Source: Nannocystales bacterium (GTDB taxonomy: Bacteria > Myxococcota_A > Polyangia > Nannocystales > Nannocystaceae). Taken from it: 64,000 nt of DNA. Where the stretch lies: positions 20,600 to 84,599 of the forward strand of contig JBOEGF010000026.1 in NCBI GenBank assembly GCA_050633305.1. The letters are read 5' to 3'. Positions 52,101 through 61,368 of the stretch are shown here, one piece after another. Each line of letters starts with the position of its first letter. Position 1 is the stretch's first letter. Position numbers and translations under genes: made by a program. Under the pieces are notes generated by a model, which made no database searches, was not told where the DNA came from, and saw only the letters and a program-made list of their open reading frames with translations.

Positions 52101-52252
52101 ATCCGAAGCCCAGGCCGATGCGAGGCTCGCTACCGTGGAATCCCGACGACTGGGCGCCCGATGTCGCGGACCCTTCGGTGGCGCCGTTGCGGCTGGACGC
52201 CGCGACGTTGATGCGGTGGCTCAGTCCGTTCCCGTTGCGCAAGCTCGGGTGA
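49133..52252 (+). CDS. PAAR-like + DUF6531 + RHS/YD repeat protein with eroded core end
   Basis: TVNGLPVAHAG and TLNGKP (PAAR-like), VGDPVDVATG...FERRYDS....LGWGW (DUF6531), many YD/Y.YD..GRL repeats. No canonical RYYDP..GR or DPxG end. Confidence 0.82.
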   Translation: MSGKRLLLVGDMVSGMSDAVTPYVGQLMDPAAGGGAPQTAAMESASAPPSAGGCVMTVNGLPVAHAGCVSMATPPLPQARPLAFCSGITLNGKPLLVELGLFMATPMGSLASTAVTQQSVRCSKAVSASSGADAQGSTTSSAGAGAGSAGGAAPRGDYAEPSAEHVMASRISTARLADILPPEYQHLVGDPVDVATGAVVTWQVDDNSPRFGLQFERRYDSHRSDRESVLGWGWAHNYDQTLWLEPGRVVLRDGGREIEFDTFDLLDQVTRAGDVLHDPTGRLTLTSHGRNAWELFDGTCTRYFLPMPGTSGKDKDRGLAMLSTIARTGQPLVELHYDDRARLTSVRTDGQAVFSLRYNRDGQLESVNDRVMRYAYSAAGDLTEARDLEGHAREYEYGSHLLVRETNRRGGAFHYGYDGHSAGSRCVRTWGDEGRLHRMISYEGGATLVTDSLGERTTYGLSPIGLVTSVTDPLGLETKYEYDDQLRLTVVRHPDSTRSVDLYDDAGNVVKHREHGGATWQMEYDHGGRIVAGVDACGGRWEFGHDLDGRLCRVQDPEHHIFRMEYAQGRLSKIIDPLGRVLEVSLGVADELLELRAPWQPDMSFEYDGTGRLTGASTESGDEARWYYDGAGQLVGAMRGGTLTQWRRDPEGSVTQRQSDQELEVYARDSFGRLLRRHGDGVDISYRYDTEDRCLQARCEGGPRVDFVRDATGLVSSYSVDGGEPTELERSDGVLTAVVSDERRVTMSWDGAGRLLSCTDAEGTRTYTYDEGGLLRGFSTADHACTLKRNGVGVVVSQTVGEDVVASPDVDYRGNRYGLDLPGGTSIFYLWSSAGAVERIGLVGEVAFEIDLEVSPDGSRGVARHGDARTEYSTVPGEHESPVSASAGTPTDALFRPLSSADGEPLIWDESRLVREGEAVHVLAQPSGEPLAVVRGESLVFAHSVGGSARAGSDELVAACGLAPEPLPSRLFELTPEAVLRKTFRRQVWDPKPRPMRGSLPWNPDDWAPDVADPSVAPLRLDAATLMRWLSPFPLRKLG

Positions 52253-52277
52253 GACCTCGACGCGGGCGCCTCGGCGG

Positions 52278-53681
52278 TCAGAACTGCTCGGCGATCCGGT
52301 CGATCTCGCGGGCCTGCGAGTAACGTCGGTGACGGGTCAGCATCTCGGAAAGGCGTTTGGCCAGCTCCTTGAGGGTCGAACCGCGCTGGTCGGGTTCGAG
52401 TCCCTGGCCGTAGGCGACGGCATCTGCCCACAGGCCGATACAGTCGATCTCGAGCCCCTCCTTGAGTGCGGCTTCGCCCGCCCGTCGGTAGGCCTCGAAG
52501 ACCACCCGTGGCGACTCGCCGATGCCCTTTCCCGTCTCGATGGCGCGGCGGTACGCACGGATCGCGCCGACCGGGTTGTCGTCCGCCTCGTGCGCGACGC
52601 CTTCGTTGAGCCGTGCCCGTGAAGCGAGGGCGTAGGCCTGATGTTCGTAGGCGGACTCGTCGGCGCGCACGAAGGTTGCTGCGGCCAAGCGGGGCTGGTC
52701 CAAACGCATGAGGTAGCCGCCGAGCATCATCTCCATGTCGAGGGCCCGGACCGGTTGTCCGTGTTCGTTGCACAACTCGCGGGCCTGGGTCTGCAACCGC
52801 AGCGCTTCCGGGCCGCGCTCTTGTTGCATCTCGGCCTCGGCACGGCGGACGAGCAGGCTCAGCTCATGCTCGAAATCGGTGGAGTCGGTCGTTTCTGTCG
52901 CGGCGGCCGCTTCGGTCGGGGTGGGGTCTGCAGGACTCTTTGTGTCGCTCGGTGTCTGGGCCGGCACCGTCGGGCCTCCTCGGAGGGTGCCGACGCGCCG
53001 TCGAGGTCGAGGAGGCGGACGTACACCGTACGGCCAGGCGCCGCGGACGCCGGGCCCGTGCTGCTCTTCCGCTTCGAGAGCCTGCGCGGTTTGCGTGGCT
53101 CGCACGTCGGGCGCGGGCTCGAGTCGGTAGAACCACGCCTTGTCTGTGCCGATCCTGGCGGTCCATGCCTCGAGTTTTGCCCCAGGCTCACCCAGCACCA
53201 CAAACCGGACTCGATCGAGCTCTCGACTCCGGACCATGGTGGTGAGTTGATCGGTGAACGCGGGATCCACGCTTCCGTTGAGATCGAGTGCGACCAAGAT
53301 TCCTTCCGCCGGCTCCTGGACTTCCGAAGAGATCCCGGCCAGCAAGACGGAGACGTTCGCAGCGGCCTCAGCACCCACATTGTAGGGGGGCAAGGACCCC
53401 ACTGGGGCGCCTGCTGAACGGAGTTCCGAGTGTCGCTCTTGCAACGCGTGGAGGACGTCAACCCAGGCGGATCTTGCGCATGACGAGTCGGCGATTCGCG
53501 CTGGAAAAAAAGGAGAGCGGTTGTCGGCGTGGTGTTCGAACCCGCTCACGATGCGCGCGACGTCTTGGCGGTCGGTGGTGCCGGTTTCGATCGAGAAAAC
53601 CCGGATTTTCGGGCGTCGGACGAACCCTCTCAGAAGGTCCGCCAGAGGGTCATATCGCCGTTTTTTTGATCCACCGCTCAT
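52278..53681 (-). CDS. Hypothetical protein with C-terminal TPR-like helices
   Basis: 467-aa ORF. C-terminal A-rich helical repeats (A..LQ.QA.ELC, AAATF.RA, AIRAYRRA). Confidence 0.7.
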   Translation of the reverse strand: MSGGSKKRRYDPLADLLRGFVRRPKIRVFSIETGTTDRQDVARIVSGFEHHADNRSPFFPARIADSSCARSAWVDVLHALQERHSELRSAGAPVGSLPPYNVGAEAAANVSVLLAGISSEVQEPAEGILVALDLNGSVDPAFTDQLTTMVRSRELDRVRFVVLGEPGAKLEAWTARIGTDKAWFYRLEPAPDVRATQTAQALEAEEQHGPGVRGAWPYGVRPPPRPRRRVGTLRGGPTVPAQTPSDTKSPADPTPTEAAAATETTDSTDFEHELSLLVRRAEAEMQQERGPEALRLQTQARELCNEHGQPVRALDMEMMLGGYLMRLDQPRLAAATFVRADESAYEHQAYALASRARLNEGVAHEADDNPVGAIRAYRRAIETGKGIGESPRVVFEAYRRAGEAALKEGLEIDCIGLWADAVAYGQGLEPDQRGSTLKELAKRLSEMLTRHRRYSQAREIDRIAEQF

Positions 53682-53845
53682 GGCGCACTCGAAAAAAAAC
53701 CGATCCGCTGAATACCCAGCCGCGTACCTCGTTACAACATGTAACCAAGAGTGTGGAAACAGGTGTCATCGGGCGACCCTGGACTCACCCTGTCCCAGGT
53801 GAGAGTCTTCCCACACCCGCTGAGGAAAGAGGAAGGAACACCAAA

Positions 53846-54478
53846 ATGTCGACGAACGTAACCGCTTACTGCCTCCACACCTATCTCGCCAACACGACCC
53901 CCGCTTCGGATTTTTCTGGTGCCGCGGTCTGGAACGCAACCGGAGGACACACTCCGACGATGGGACCCCACCGCAACGAGCACTTCGCTCATGACGGTCT
54001 TGTCATCATGGCGCCCGACGGCCTCAACACGCTTTCGGCCTCGATGATCGACATCCAGGGCTCGCCGTACAAAGCCGCCAACTTGTTCCTGATGCCTCAG
54101 GAGCACGACGAAGCCGCGAACTTCGTCACCCAGCTTTCCGCCCACGTCGGCAAAGCGGCGATTCTCAGCATCCTCGGCTGGGGCAACGACGAGAACGGCG
54201 TCATCACCTGCTTCCACTCGCTCCTGTACTGGACCGTCATCAAAGACCCCGGTTCGTTCCACTTCGCCGTCTTTGCAGCTGCCAGCCAGCGCATCCTGCC
54301 CGGCAACGTGTCCGCCGAGCCTCAGTACATCGATTGCGGCAAGGACAACAACACGACGATCACCAGCCCCACCGGCCGCCTGTCGTCCATGTCCAACTCC
54401 GCATTCCTTCCGCCCGGCATCGCGTCCAACGCACCGTCGCCCGAGCTGCTCAACTCCAGCTTCCCGCAGATCGGCTAG
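53846..54478 (+). CDS. Hypothetical 210-aa protein heading the tssE-F-G run
   Basis: ATG at 53846 behind GAGGAAAGAGGAAGGA; strongly C-ending codons; ends 7 nt before tssE. Confidence 0.75.
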   Translation: MSTNVTAYCLHTYLANTTPASDFSGAAVWNATGGHTPTMGPHRNEHFAHDGLVIMAPDGLNTLSASMIDIQGSPYKAANLFLMPQEHDEAANFVTQLSAHVGKAAILSILGWGNDENGVITCFHSLLYWTVIKDPGSFHFAVFAAASQRILPGNVSAEPQYIDCGKDNNTTITSPTGRLSSMSNSAFLPPGIASNAPSPELLNSSFPQIG

Positions 54479-54485
54479 TCGGCTG

Positions 54486-54923
54486 ATGCCGATGGATCCC
54501 GCAGGTGACCCGCCCGAGGGTGGGTCGTCCGCGAGTCGCGGTTTGCTGTTCCGGTTGTCGACATCTCAGCGGCCGGAGCAGCAGCTCGATATCGTAGACT
54601 CCATCGTCCACAATCTTCGCGCGATCCTGAACAGCGACCACGGTATCTCCCCAAGTGCCCCGGGGCTGGGCTTGTCCCTCCACCGGTGCCTGCAGGACTG
54701 GGATTCCGACCAGGCGACCGTATTGGACGCCATCGCTGAGCAGATCAACAGGTTCGAGTCTCGGCTCACGGATGTCGAGGTCGAAGAAGCGCCCCACAGC
54801 AACTCCGCCCGGTTCAGCGTGCTCATCAGTGCCACGCTCGAGGACGGCAGGGGTTTCAAGGCGCGGACCGACATGACCGCCTCGGGTGCGGCCGAGGTCG
54901 AACAAGTCGTCACCAAGGTTTAG
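54486..54923 (+). CDS. tssE: T6SS baseplate subunit TssE (gp25-like)
   Basis: LLFRL, SIVHNLRAILNS, APGLGL, I...I.RFESRL.DV.V; lies upstream of tssF. Confidence 0.82.
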   Translation: MPMDPAGDPPEGGSSASRGLLFRLSTSQRPEQQLDIVDSIVHNLRAILNSDHGISPSAPGLGLSLHRCLQDWDSDQATVLDAIAEQINRFESRLTDVEVEEAPHSNSARFSVLISATLEDGRGFKARTDMTASGAAEVEQVVTKV

Positions 54924-55049
54924 CAGCACGCCGCCTTTGTCTGCGCCCTGCGAGTCACGTTCGTCAGCCTTTGGGCTGCGGTGCTCCCAGCGGGTAGAAT
55001 CCGCGGCGGTGCCTCGGCAGCAGGTCTGTGTGAACGGGGAAGTGCGGGA

Positions 55050-56771
55050 GTGAAAGCGCGATACTACGAGGCCGAGCTCGCGTACCTGCGAGAACAAGGC
55101 CGCGCTCTGGCGCAAAAGCACCCGAGAACCGCGGGCCTCCTCGCCGAGCGCAGCGATGACCCGGATGTCGAGCGGCTTCTCGAAGGTGTCGCATTTTTGT
55201 CGGCCGCCGTTCGCGAGCGCATCGACGACGCGGTCCCAGAACTGGCGGCCAGCTATGCGGGGATGCTGGTGCCCGCGCTATCTCGATACGTACCGCCGAC
55301 GTCGGTCATCGAGTATCGACCCGAGGTTCAAGGTCTTCGGGTTGCCGAACTCGTTCCGCGTGGAACCCAGGTTTCCGGCACCGGAGCCTCAGAGGTTTCG
55401 GTCTCGTTCCAGACGACGGCTCCGGTTCTCCTGCTCCCGCTCACGCTCGAGAACATCGAGCACCGCAAGCCGGTCGAAGGCGACGACGAGCTGACGTTGT
55501 CGTTTCGCGGTGGAGAGCAACGCGACGCCGCGGTTGGCAATCACTCGGTTCGGCTGTTCTTCCAAGGCGATGCTCAGGTTTGGACCGGTCTGCGGACGTG
55601 GTTCCTTCGACACTGCGAGGAGCTGGCGCTCGTGGTCGATGGCGAGACGAAGGCGCGAATCCCCGCATCTGAGATCCGTGGGATCGGGCACGGAGACGAC
55701 GTCTCCCTCATGCCCAACCAGCCGCTCGAGCACGACGGGTTCACCCGCATTGCAGAGTTCTTCTCCTGCCCTTCGAAGTTCGCATTTGTCGACCTCCCCC
55801 CACTGGGCGGTGACGCGCGCGGGGAGTTCCAGCTTCGGTGTCGATTCTCCGGTGCGCCCAAGCTCCCCAAGACCGTGACCAAGGGCGACATTCGCCTGCA
55901 CTGCGCCCCGGTGATCAACCTGTTCGAGTCCGACCTCGAGCCGGTCCGAATCGACGTCTACAACCCGTGGCAGCTGCTCCAAGTCTCGCGCCACAAGGGC
56001 AACCATTCCGAAGTGTGGGGGCTGACCGAGGTCGTGGGGCTGGGTCCCGAAACCCGGGTGGAGTTTCAAGACTTCGCGGCGGCCGGAGCCGGGGAAGCGA
56101 GCGTGTCGAGCTACTTTGTCACGCGCCGAGAGGCCGCACCGAACGGGACGGGGACCCACCGGTTAATCTCGCTGGTGTCCACGCTCGACCGCCAGCCACC
56201 GCTGGGGGTCGAGGTGCTCTCGATGCGCGGCCTGTGCAGCAACCGCGCCCTCGCCTGCGAGCTCGGCATTGGCAAGATCTGCGACCCCGTACGCGGTGCG
56301 GGGTCTTCGGTGCCGTTTTCCAACATCAAGCCCGTCTCGCCCCCGCTGTATCCGCACGACGACTCCGAGCTGCTCTGGCAGCTTGGCGCGCACCTGTCGT
56401 TGTCCCGCAAGGGCCTGCTCGACACGGAGTCGCTGCGGGCGGTCCTGCGGGTCTACAACTTCGCGGCGGGCAACAACCCATCCTTGTCTCGGATCAACAC
56501 GCGCTGGATTGAATCGATCCGTGACGTACGAGTCCAGACATGTGTGCGCTTGATCGCCGGAGCCCCGGTCACGGGGACGCGGACGACCGTCGTCGTCGAC
56601 GCGAAGAGCTTTGCGCTCGTGGGTGAGGCTCAAGTGCTGGGCGAAATGCTCGACGACCTGTTCGCTCGTCGCGTCGGGCTCAACTCTTTCAACATCATGT
56701 CTCTCGAGGTCGCTCCCTCGGGAGCGAGGTACACGTGGAAACCACGGAACGCGACTCAACAGCTGCGATAG
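55050..56771 (+). CDS. tssF: T6SS baseplate subunit TssF
   Basis: YYEAELAYLREQG, DPDVERLLEGVAFL, EFF..P.KF.F, LHCAPVINLF, CSNR, W.L..HLSL, LNSF. Confidence 0.95.
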   Translation: MKARYYEAELAYLREQGRALAQKHPRTAGLLAERSDDPDVERLLEGVAFLSAAVRERIDDAVPELAASYAGMLVPALSRYVPPTSVIEYRPEVQGLRVAELVPRGTQVSGTGASEVSVSFQTTAPVLLLPLTLENIEHRKPVEGDDELTLSFRGGEQRDAAVGNHSVRLFFQGDAQVWTGLRTWFLRHCEELALVVDGETKARIPASEIRGIGHGDDVSLMPNQPLEHDGFTRIAEFFSCPSKFAFVDLPPLGGDARGEFQLRCRFSGAPKLPKTVTKGDIRLHCAPVINLFESDLEPVRIDVYNPWQLLQVSRHKGNHSEVWGLTEVVGLGPETRVEFQDFAAAGAGEASVSSYFVTRREAAPNGTGTHRLISLVSTLDRQPPLGVEVLSMRGLCSNRALACELGIGKICDPVRGAGSSVPFSNIKPVSPPLYPHDDSELLWQLGAHLSLSRKGLLDTESLRAVLRVYNFAAGNNPSLSRINTRWIESIRDVRVQTCVRLIAGAPVTGTRTTVVVDAKSFALVGEAQVLGEMLDDLFARRVGLNSFNIMSLEVAPSGARYTWKPRNATQQLR

Positions 56772-57820
56772 AGCTTCTCGAGCGGTTGAGCGCCTCGAAG
56801 CGTTCGCGTGCCGGGTTCTTTCCCGCGGTGCGTCTGCTCGAGCGACTGCTCGAGTCCGGCGTTCGCATCGGTGGCAGCGGTCCGTATGCGAGAGAGGCGA
56901 TCCGCTTCTCCCACGAGCAATCGATGATGTCGCAGCCCAACGAGGTGTCGTCGATCAAGGCGCACCCTCGGTTCAACAAGGGCACCCGACTCGACCGCAC
57001 GCAGTGGGTCTACGAGATCGTTACGTGTGTCCTCGGACTCACGGGGACCGACAGTCCTCTGCCTCTGTACATGGTCTCGGAGTTCGTCCAGGACGAGGCG
57101 GCGGCGGAACTCCAGCGCGAGTTCCTGGACATGTTCCACAACCGACTCACCGCGTTGTTCTATCGCGGGGTCGCGCAATACGACTTTCCCGCGGAGCTGC
57201 TCAGCGATGCTTCCGATCCGATGGCGAGACGGGCCCTGCAGTTCGCAGGCTTCGATGTCGAGAGCTGCGCGCATGCCGGGGTCAACCGCTTGCAGCTGCT
57301 GCACATCTCGCCGCTGTTCGCCGGGGGCCCTGCCACGCCGCGGAGTCTGCGGAACAGCCTGCGTTCCTTGCTCGGAAAGGATCTCGAAGGCGCAGGTCTG
57401 ACCGTTCGCGAATTCACCGGCGGTTGGGTGCCGCTGGACTCGGAGCAGTGCAACGAGCTGGGCCGACGAAACAACGGGGCCGGAAACACGTTCGTCATCG
57501 GCACCCGGGTGCGGCACCCGGCCCACGAGGCTCGCGTCGTGATCGGTCCGCTGGCCCCCGCCCAGGCCCAGACCTTTTCCCCCGGTGGCAACGTGTTTTC
57601 TCGCGTCGCGGCGTTGGTCGACACGCTATGCCCGGCGCCGGCCACCATGAAGCTCGAGCTGCACATCCGTACCCGGGCATTTCCTCCCTTTGTCCTCGGC
57701 CAGCGCCGTATCGCCAGAGATGCGTGCATCACGGCCCGAAGAGACCGGGACGAGTCTGTGACGATCACCGTCCACGACCTCCCTCGGATTGGGGAGCAGA
57801 GGGTGCCCCATGCCAGCTGA
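56735..57820 (+). CDS. tssG: T6SS baseplate subunit TssG
   Basis: FFPAVRLLE, LGLTG.DSPLPLY, FLDMFHNRL..LFYR, EF.GGW, IGPL. Confidence 0.93.
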   Translation: METTERDSTAAIELLERLSASKRSRAGFFPAVRLLERLLESGVRIGGSGPYAREAIRFSHEQSMMSQPNEVSSIKAHPRFNKGTRLDRTQWVYEIVTCVLGLTGTDSPLPLYMVSEFVQDEAAAELQREFLDMFHNRLTALFYRGVAQYDFPAELLSDASDPMARRALQFAGFDVESCAHAGVNRLQLLHISPLFAGGPATPRSLRNSLRSLLGKDLEGAGLTVREFTGGWVPLDSEQCNELGRRNNGAGNTFVIGTRVRHPAHEARVVIGPLAPAQAQTFSPGGNVFSRVAALVDTLCPAPATMKLELHIRTRAFPPFVLGQRRIARDACITARRDRDESVTITVHDLPRIGEQRVPHAS

Positions 57821-57973
57821 ACGCTATCCTATGGCGCGCAAGCGCAACGGTGGGCTCTGCTTGAGCGCCAGCACCGAATATGATGAGATCTTGGCAACTT
57901 GTGCGACCGGCGCGCAAGGCTGCACCCCCCTTCACCCTATGGCCCCAGTAGGGGCCTGACCGAGAGTACAAGC

Positions 57974-58465
57974 GTGGCGAAGAAACCATCGAAGGCCCCC
58001 AAAGAGCGCATCAACATCACGTACCGGTCGGCGACCAAGCCCAACGAGACGATCGAGCTCCCGTTCAAGATGCTTGTCCTCGCTGACATCACCGGGGAAG
58101 CCGATGAGCGTCCCTTCGAGGAGCGTGAGCCGATTCGGGTCGACAAGGACAACTTCAACGATGTCCTACGCGAGACCAACGTGAAGCTCGCGGTCAGCGT
58201 GCCCAACAAGCTCGAAGATGGAGACGACGCGGGCGAACTCGGGGCAAACCTGAAGTTCGCGTCGCTCAAGGACTTCACGCCGGGCGGCGTTGCCAAGCAG
58301 GTGCCAGAGCTGGCGAAGCTGCTCGAGCTTCGTGAAGCCCTGTCCGCGCTGAAGTCGCCCTTGGGCAACCGTCGCGACTTCCGCAAGCAGATCGAAGAAG
58401 TCCTCAAGGACGATGGCGCGCGCGCCAAGCTCATGGCTGAGCTCGGGCTGGAAAACAAAGGCTGA
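57974..58465 (+). CDS. tssB: T6SS sheath small subunit TssB
   Basis: APKERINITY, ELPFKMLVLAD, VDKDNFNDV, VPNKL, DFTP..VAKQVPELAKLLELR..L..LK.PL.N. Confidence 0.96.
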   Translation: MAKKPSKAPKERINITYRSATKPNETIELPFKMLVLADITGEADERPFEEREPIRVDKDNFNDVLRETNVKLAVSVPNKLEDGDDAGELGANLKFASLKDFTPGGVAKQVPELAKLLELREALSALKSPLGNRRDFRKQIEEVLKDDGARAKLMAELGLENKG

Positions 58466-58471
58466 TCTCCG

Positions 58472-59962
58472 ATGAGTGAAAACACGCAGAAAGAAAACGC
58501 CACGCAGTCGGCCGAGGGAGAGGAAAGCCTCCTCGAGTCGCTGCTCGATCAGGCCGTCTTGCCGTCGGCCGATGCCGATGCCGTGGATGTCGCGAAACGC
58601 GGCGTCTCGGCCTTCCTGGGTGAGCTGCTCACCAGTGGGGACAAGTTCCAGAAGGTCGATCGCGCTGCCGTCGATCTGATGATCTCCGAGATCGACAAGC
58701 GCCTCGAGTCGCAGGTCAACGAGATCATGCACACCGAGGACTTCCAGAAACTGGAGTCCACCTGGCGCAGCCTCAAGTACCTCGTCGATCACAGCGACGC
58801 CCGACAAAACGTTCAGGTCGACGTCGTCAACACGACGAAACAGGACCTGATGGACGACTTCGAGGACTCTCCGGAGATCGTCAAGTCGGGCTACTACCGC
58901 TCGCTGTACACCAGCGAGTACGGAACCTTCGGCGGTGTTCCCTACGGAGCGGTCGTCACGGACTTCGACTTCACGCACGGGTTCGAAGACATCCGTCTGA
59001 TGTCGGACCTCGCCTCGGTCAGCGCCATGGCTCACGTGCCGCTGCTGGCCAACACGCCGCCGGAGATGTTCGGCGACGAGTCGTTCGAAGGCCTTCCGAA
59101 GATGCGCGACCTCAAGGCGCACTTCGAAAGCCCCGAGTACGCCAAGTGGCGTTCGTTCCGCGAGAACGACGATTCCCGCTACATCGGCCTGTGCATGCCC
59201 CGATTCATGCTTCGGCAGCCGTACGAGCCCGGGCAGAACACCGAGCGCGCCTTCAACTTCGTGGAGGACGTTCGCGACAAGCACGACAACTACCTGTGGG
59301 GTCCCGCGTCGTTCGCCATGGCAGCGCGATGCGCCGAAGCCTTCGCGTCCACGTCGTGGTGCGCCGACATCATCGGGCCGCAGTCCGGTGGTGAGGTCGA
59401 GGACCTTCCGCTTCACCAGTACGAAGCGATGGGCAAGCTGCAGACCAAGCTTCCCGTCGAGGTCCAGCTCTCCGAGCGTCGCGAGTACGAGTTGTCCGAA
59501 GAGGGCATCATCGGCCTCACGTTCCGCAAAGGCTCCGACAACGCCGCGTTCTTCTCGGCCAACTCGGTGCAGAAGGCGAAGACCTACGGTCGGGACGACA
59601 AGGACAGCGAGCTCAACTACCGGTTGGGCACCCAGCTGCCCTACATGTTCCTCATCAGCCGCGTCGCGCACTACCTCAAGGTGATGCAGCGGGAGCTGAT
59701 CGGGAGCTACGTCAGCCGCGAGATCCTTCAGTCTCGGCTGCAGTGGTGGCTCACCGGGCACACCTGCAGCACGGCCTCCACGCCGTTCATGAAGTCGAAA
59801 TTCCCGTTCAAGGAGTCCGGGGTTTGGGTCGAGGACGTGCCGGGCAACGCAGGTTGGTACAAGATTCGCCTGCAGATCGTCCCTCACTTCAAGTACATGG
59901 GTGCCGACTTCTCGCTTTCCCTCGTGGGCAAGCTCGACAAGTCGCTGGCCGCTGACGAGTAG
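58472..59962 (+). CDS. tssC: T6SS sheath large subunit TssC
   Basis: FQKLESTWRSL, EYGTFGG.PYG, KWRSFRE..DSRY, PRFMLR.PY, GGEVEDLP, QLPYMF..SR.AHYLKV.QRE.IGS, PHFKY. Confidence 0.97.
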   Translation: MSENTQKENATQSAEGEESLLESLLDQAVLPSADADAVDVAKRGVSAFLGELLTSGDKFQKVDRAAVDLMISEIDKRLESQVNEIMHTEDFQKLESTWRSLKYLVDHSDARQNVQVDVVNTTKQDLMDDFEDSPEIVKSGYYRSLYTSEYGTFGGVPYGAVVTDFDFTHGFEDIRLMSDLASVSAMAHVPLLANTPPEMFGDESFEGLPKMRDLKAHFESPEYAKWRSFRENDDSRYIGLCMPRFMLRQPYEPGQNTERAFNFVEDVRDKHDNYLWGPASFAMAARCAEAFASTSWCADIIGPQSGGEVEDLPLHQYEAMGKLQTKLPVEVQLSERREYELSEEGIIGLTFRKGSDNAAFFSANSVQKAKTYGRDDKDSELNYRLGTQLPYMFLISRVAHYLKVMQRELIGSYVSREILQSRLQWWLTGHTCSTASTPFMKSKFPFKESGVWVEDVPGNAGWYKIRLQIVPHFKYMGADFSLSLVGKLDKSLAADE

Positions 59963-59964
59963 TC

Positions 59965-61368
59965 ATGCCCCTGTTGGACACGGTCGACGCTCTCGTCGCG
60001 CCTCTGGCTGGTGAAGAGCCGGCAGGCGTTGACCCTCGAAACACCGAGGAGTTCGAAGCCATTGGCAACGAACTCTCCAAGATCGGTGGCGTCGACCTTG
60101 TCCCTGTGGATTGGGGCGTTGTTGCGAAGAACAGCGCCCACTTGCTGACGGAGTCCGGAAAGGATCTCCGTTGCGCCGTCTACGTGCTCGTCTCGCACCT
60201 CTACCTGGAGGGCCCCGAGGCGCTGCCGGCCGGCATTTCGCTTCTCAACCGACTGCTCGAGGACTTTGGCGAGGGGCTTCATCCGCGCCGGCCTCGGGCG
60301 CGGAAGTCGATCTTCGCGTGGTTTGCCGAGCGCCTCGACCTGCAGCTCGAGGCGGGGTCGCTGACCATCACAGGCGATGAAAAGGGCGAGCTCGTTGCGG
60401 CGCTCGACAACACCGCCAACCTGGTCTCCAAGCTGGAGCTCGATCCTAGCTCGGTGCGGCGCGTGCAAACGCTCGTCATCGAGCGCGCCGGCGTCAAGCT
60501 TTCCGATGACGAGCAGCGGGCCGAGGTCCTGGAGCGTTTCGATCCCGAGTTTGCAGAGCTTGCCGTTCGCATGCTCGAGCACGACAGCTTGGTCGATCGA
60601 ACGGCCCGCGGCCTTCGTATCCATCGCTGGGTGCTCTGGGACAACGTGCCAACGCTCGAGGACGGTGTCCTCGATACGACCATCGATCACGCCGTCTCCG
60701 AGGAGATGGTGGGTCTGTTTGAGAGCCAGTCGTGGCCGGACCTGCTCGAACGGGCCGAGACCGCGTTCTCGGGAAGCCCGTTCTGGCTCGACCTCACCTT
60801 CTACGTCGCCCGAGCCGCCACCCACGTCTTCGATCGCGCCGCCACGGTGGGGGTCATCGGTGTGGTCCGCGATCTGCTGGCCCGCGCGCCCGAACTCGTC
60901 GAGGCCACCGACGCCGCTGGGCAGCCGCTCGCCTCCGAGGCAACGCGCCTGTGGATCCAAGAGTCGGTCTTCGAGACCCAAGAGACCCGCAGCGACTCCA
61001 ATGAAGTCCTGCCCGCCGAGGTCCGGACGCTGTTCGATGAAGGGCGCCTGCAAGACGCGCTTGCCGAGGCGTCCGCGTGGATCTCCCACCCTGAGGGGCG
61101 CGTTCGCTTCTCGCGTAGCGTCACCTTGGCTGAAGCGTTTGGTGCAGCCAACGCCGCCAACAACGCACACATCGTGTTTCGCGGGCTCCACAACCACTTG
61201 CGTCAGATGACGGTCAAAGAGTGGGACCCACCGATCTTTGCCGCCTGCATTCGGGGGTTCTTAGCCTCGAAGCGCGACGCCTTCGGCCTTGGTCCCGAGG
61301 ACGAGCACCTCATGGACGAGCTGTCGGCCCTCGACCCCGCTTCCCTTCTTTCCATTCTGCCGCCGTAG
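59965..61368 (+). CDS. tssA: T6SS protein TssA (ImpA_N + VasJ-like)
   Basis: P.AGEEPAG.D, VDW..V, KDLR, G..LL..LL, LHP.R, PFWLD, A...T..WI, EWDP. Confidence 0.88.
   Translation: MPLLDTVDALVAPLAGEEPAGVDPRNTEEFEAIGNELSKIGGVDLVPVDWGVVAKNSAHLLTESGKDLRCAVYVLVSHLYLEGPEALPAGISLLNRLLEDFGEGLHPRRPRARKSIFAWFAERLDLQLEAGSLTITGDEKGELVAALDNTANLVSKLELDPSSVRRVQTLVIERAGVKLSDDEQRAEVLERFDPEFAELAVRMLEHDSLVDRTARGLRIHRWVLWDNVPTLEDGVLDTTIDHAVSEEMVGLFESQSWPDLLERAETAFSGSPFWLDLTFYVARAATHVFDRAATVGVIGVVRDLLARAPELVEATDAAGQPLASEATRLWIQESVFETQETRSDSNEVLPAEVRTLFDEGRLQDALAEASAWISHPEGRVRFSRSVTLAEAFGAANAANNAHIVFRGLHNHLRQMTVKEWDPPIFAACIRGFLASKRDAFGLGPEDEHLMDELSALDPASLLSILPP

Noticed and set aside
57830..57910. sigma54 promoter upstream of tssB
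   Set aside because: TGGC starts are present, but none has the required GG-N10-GC spacing.
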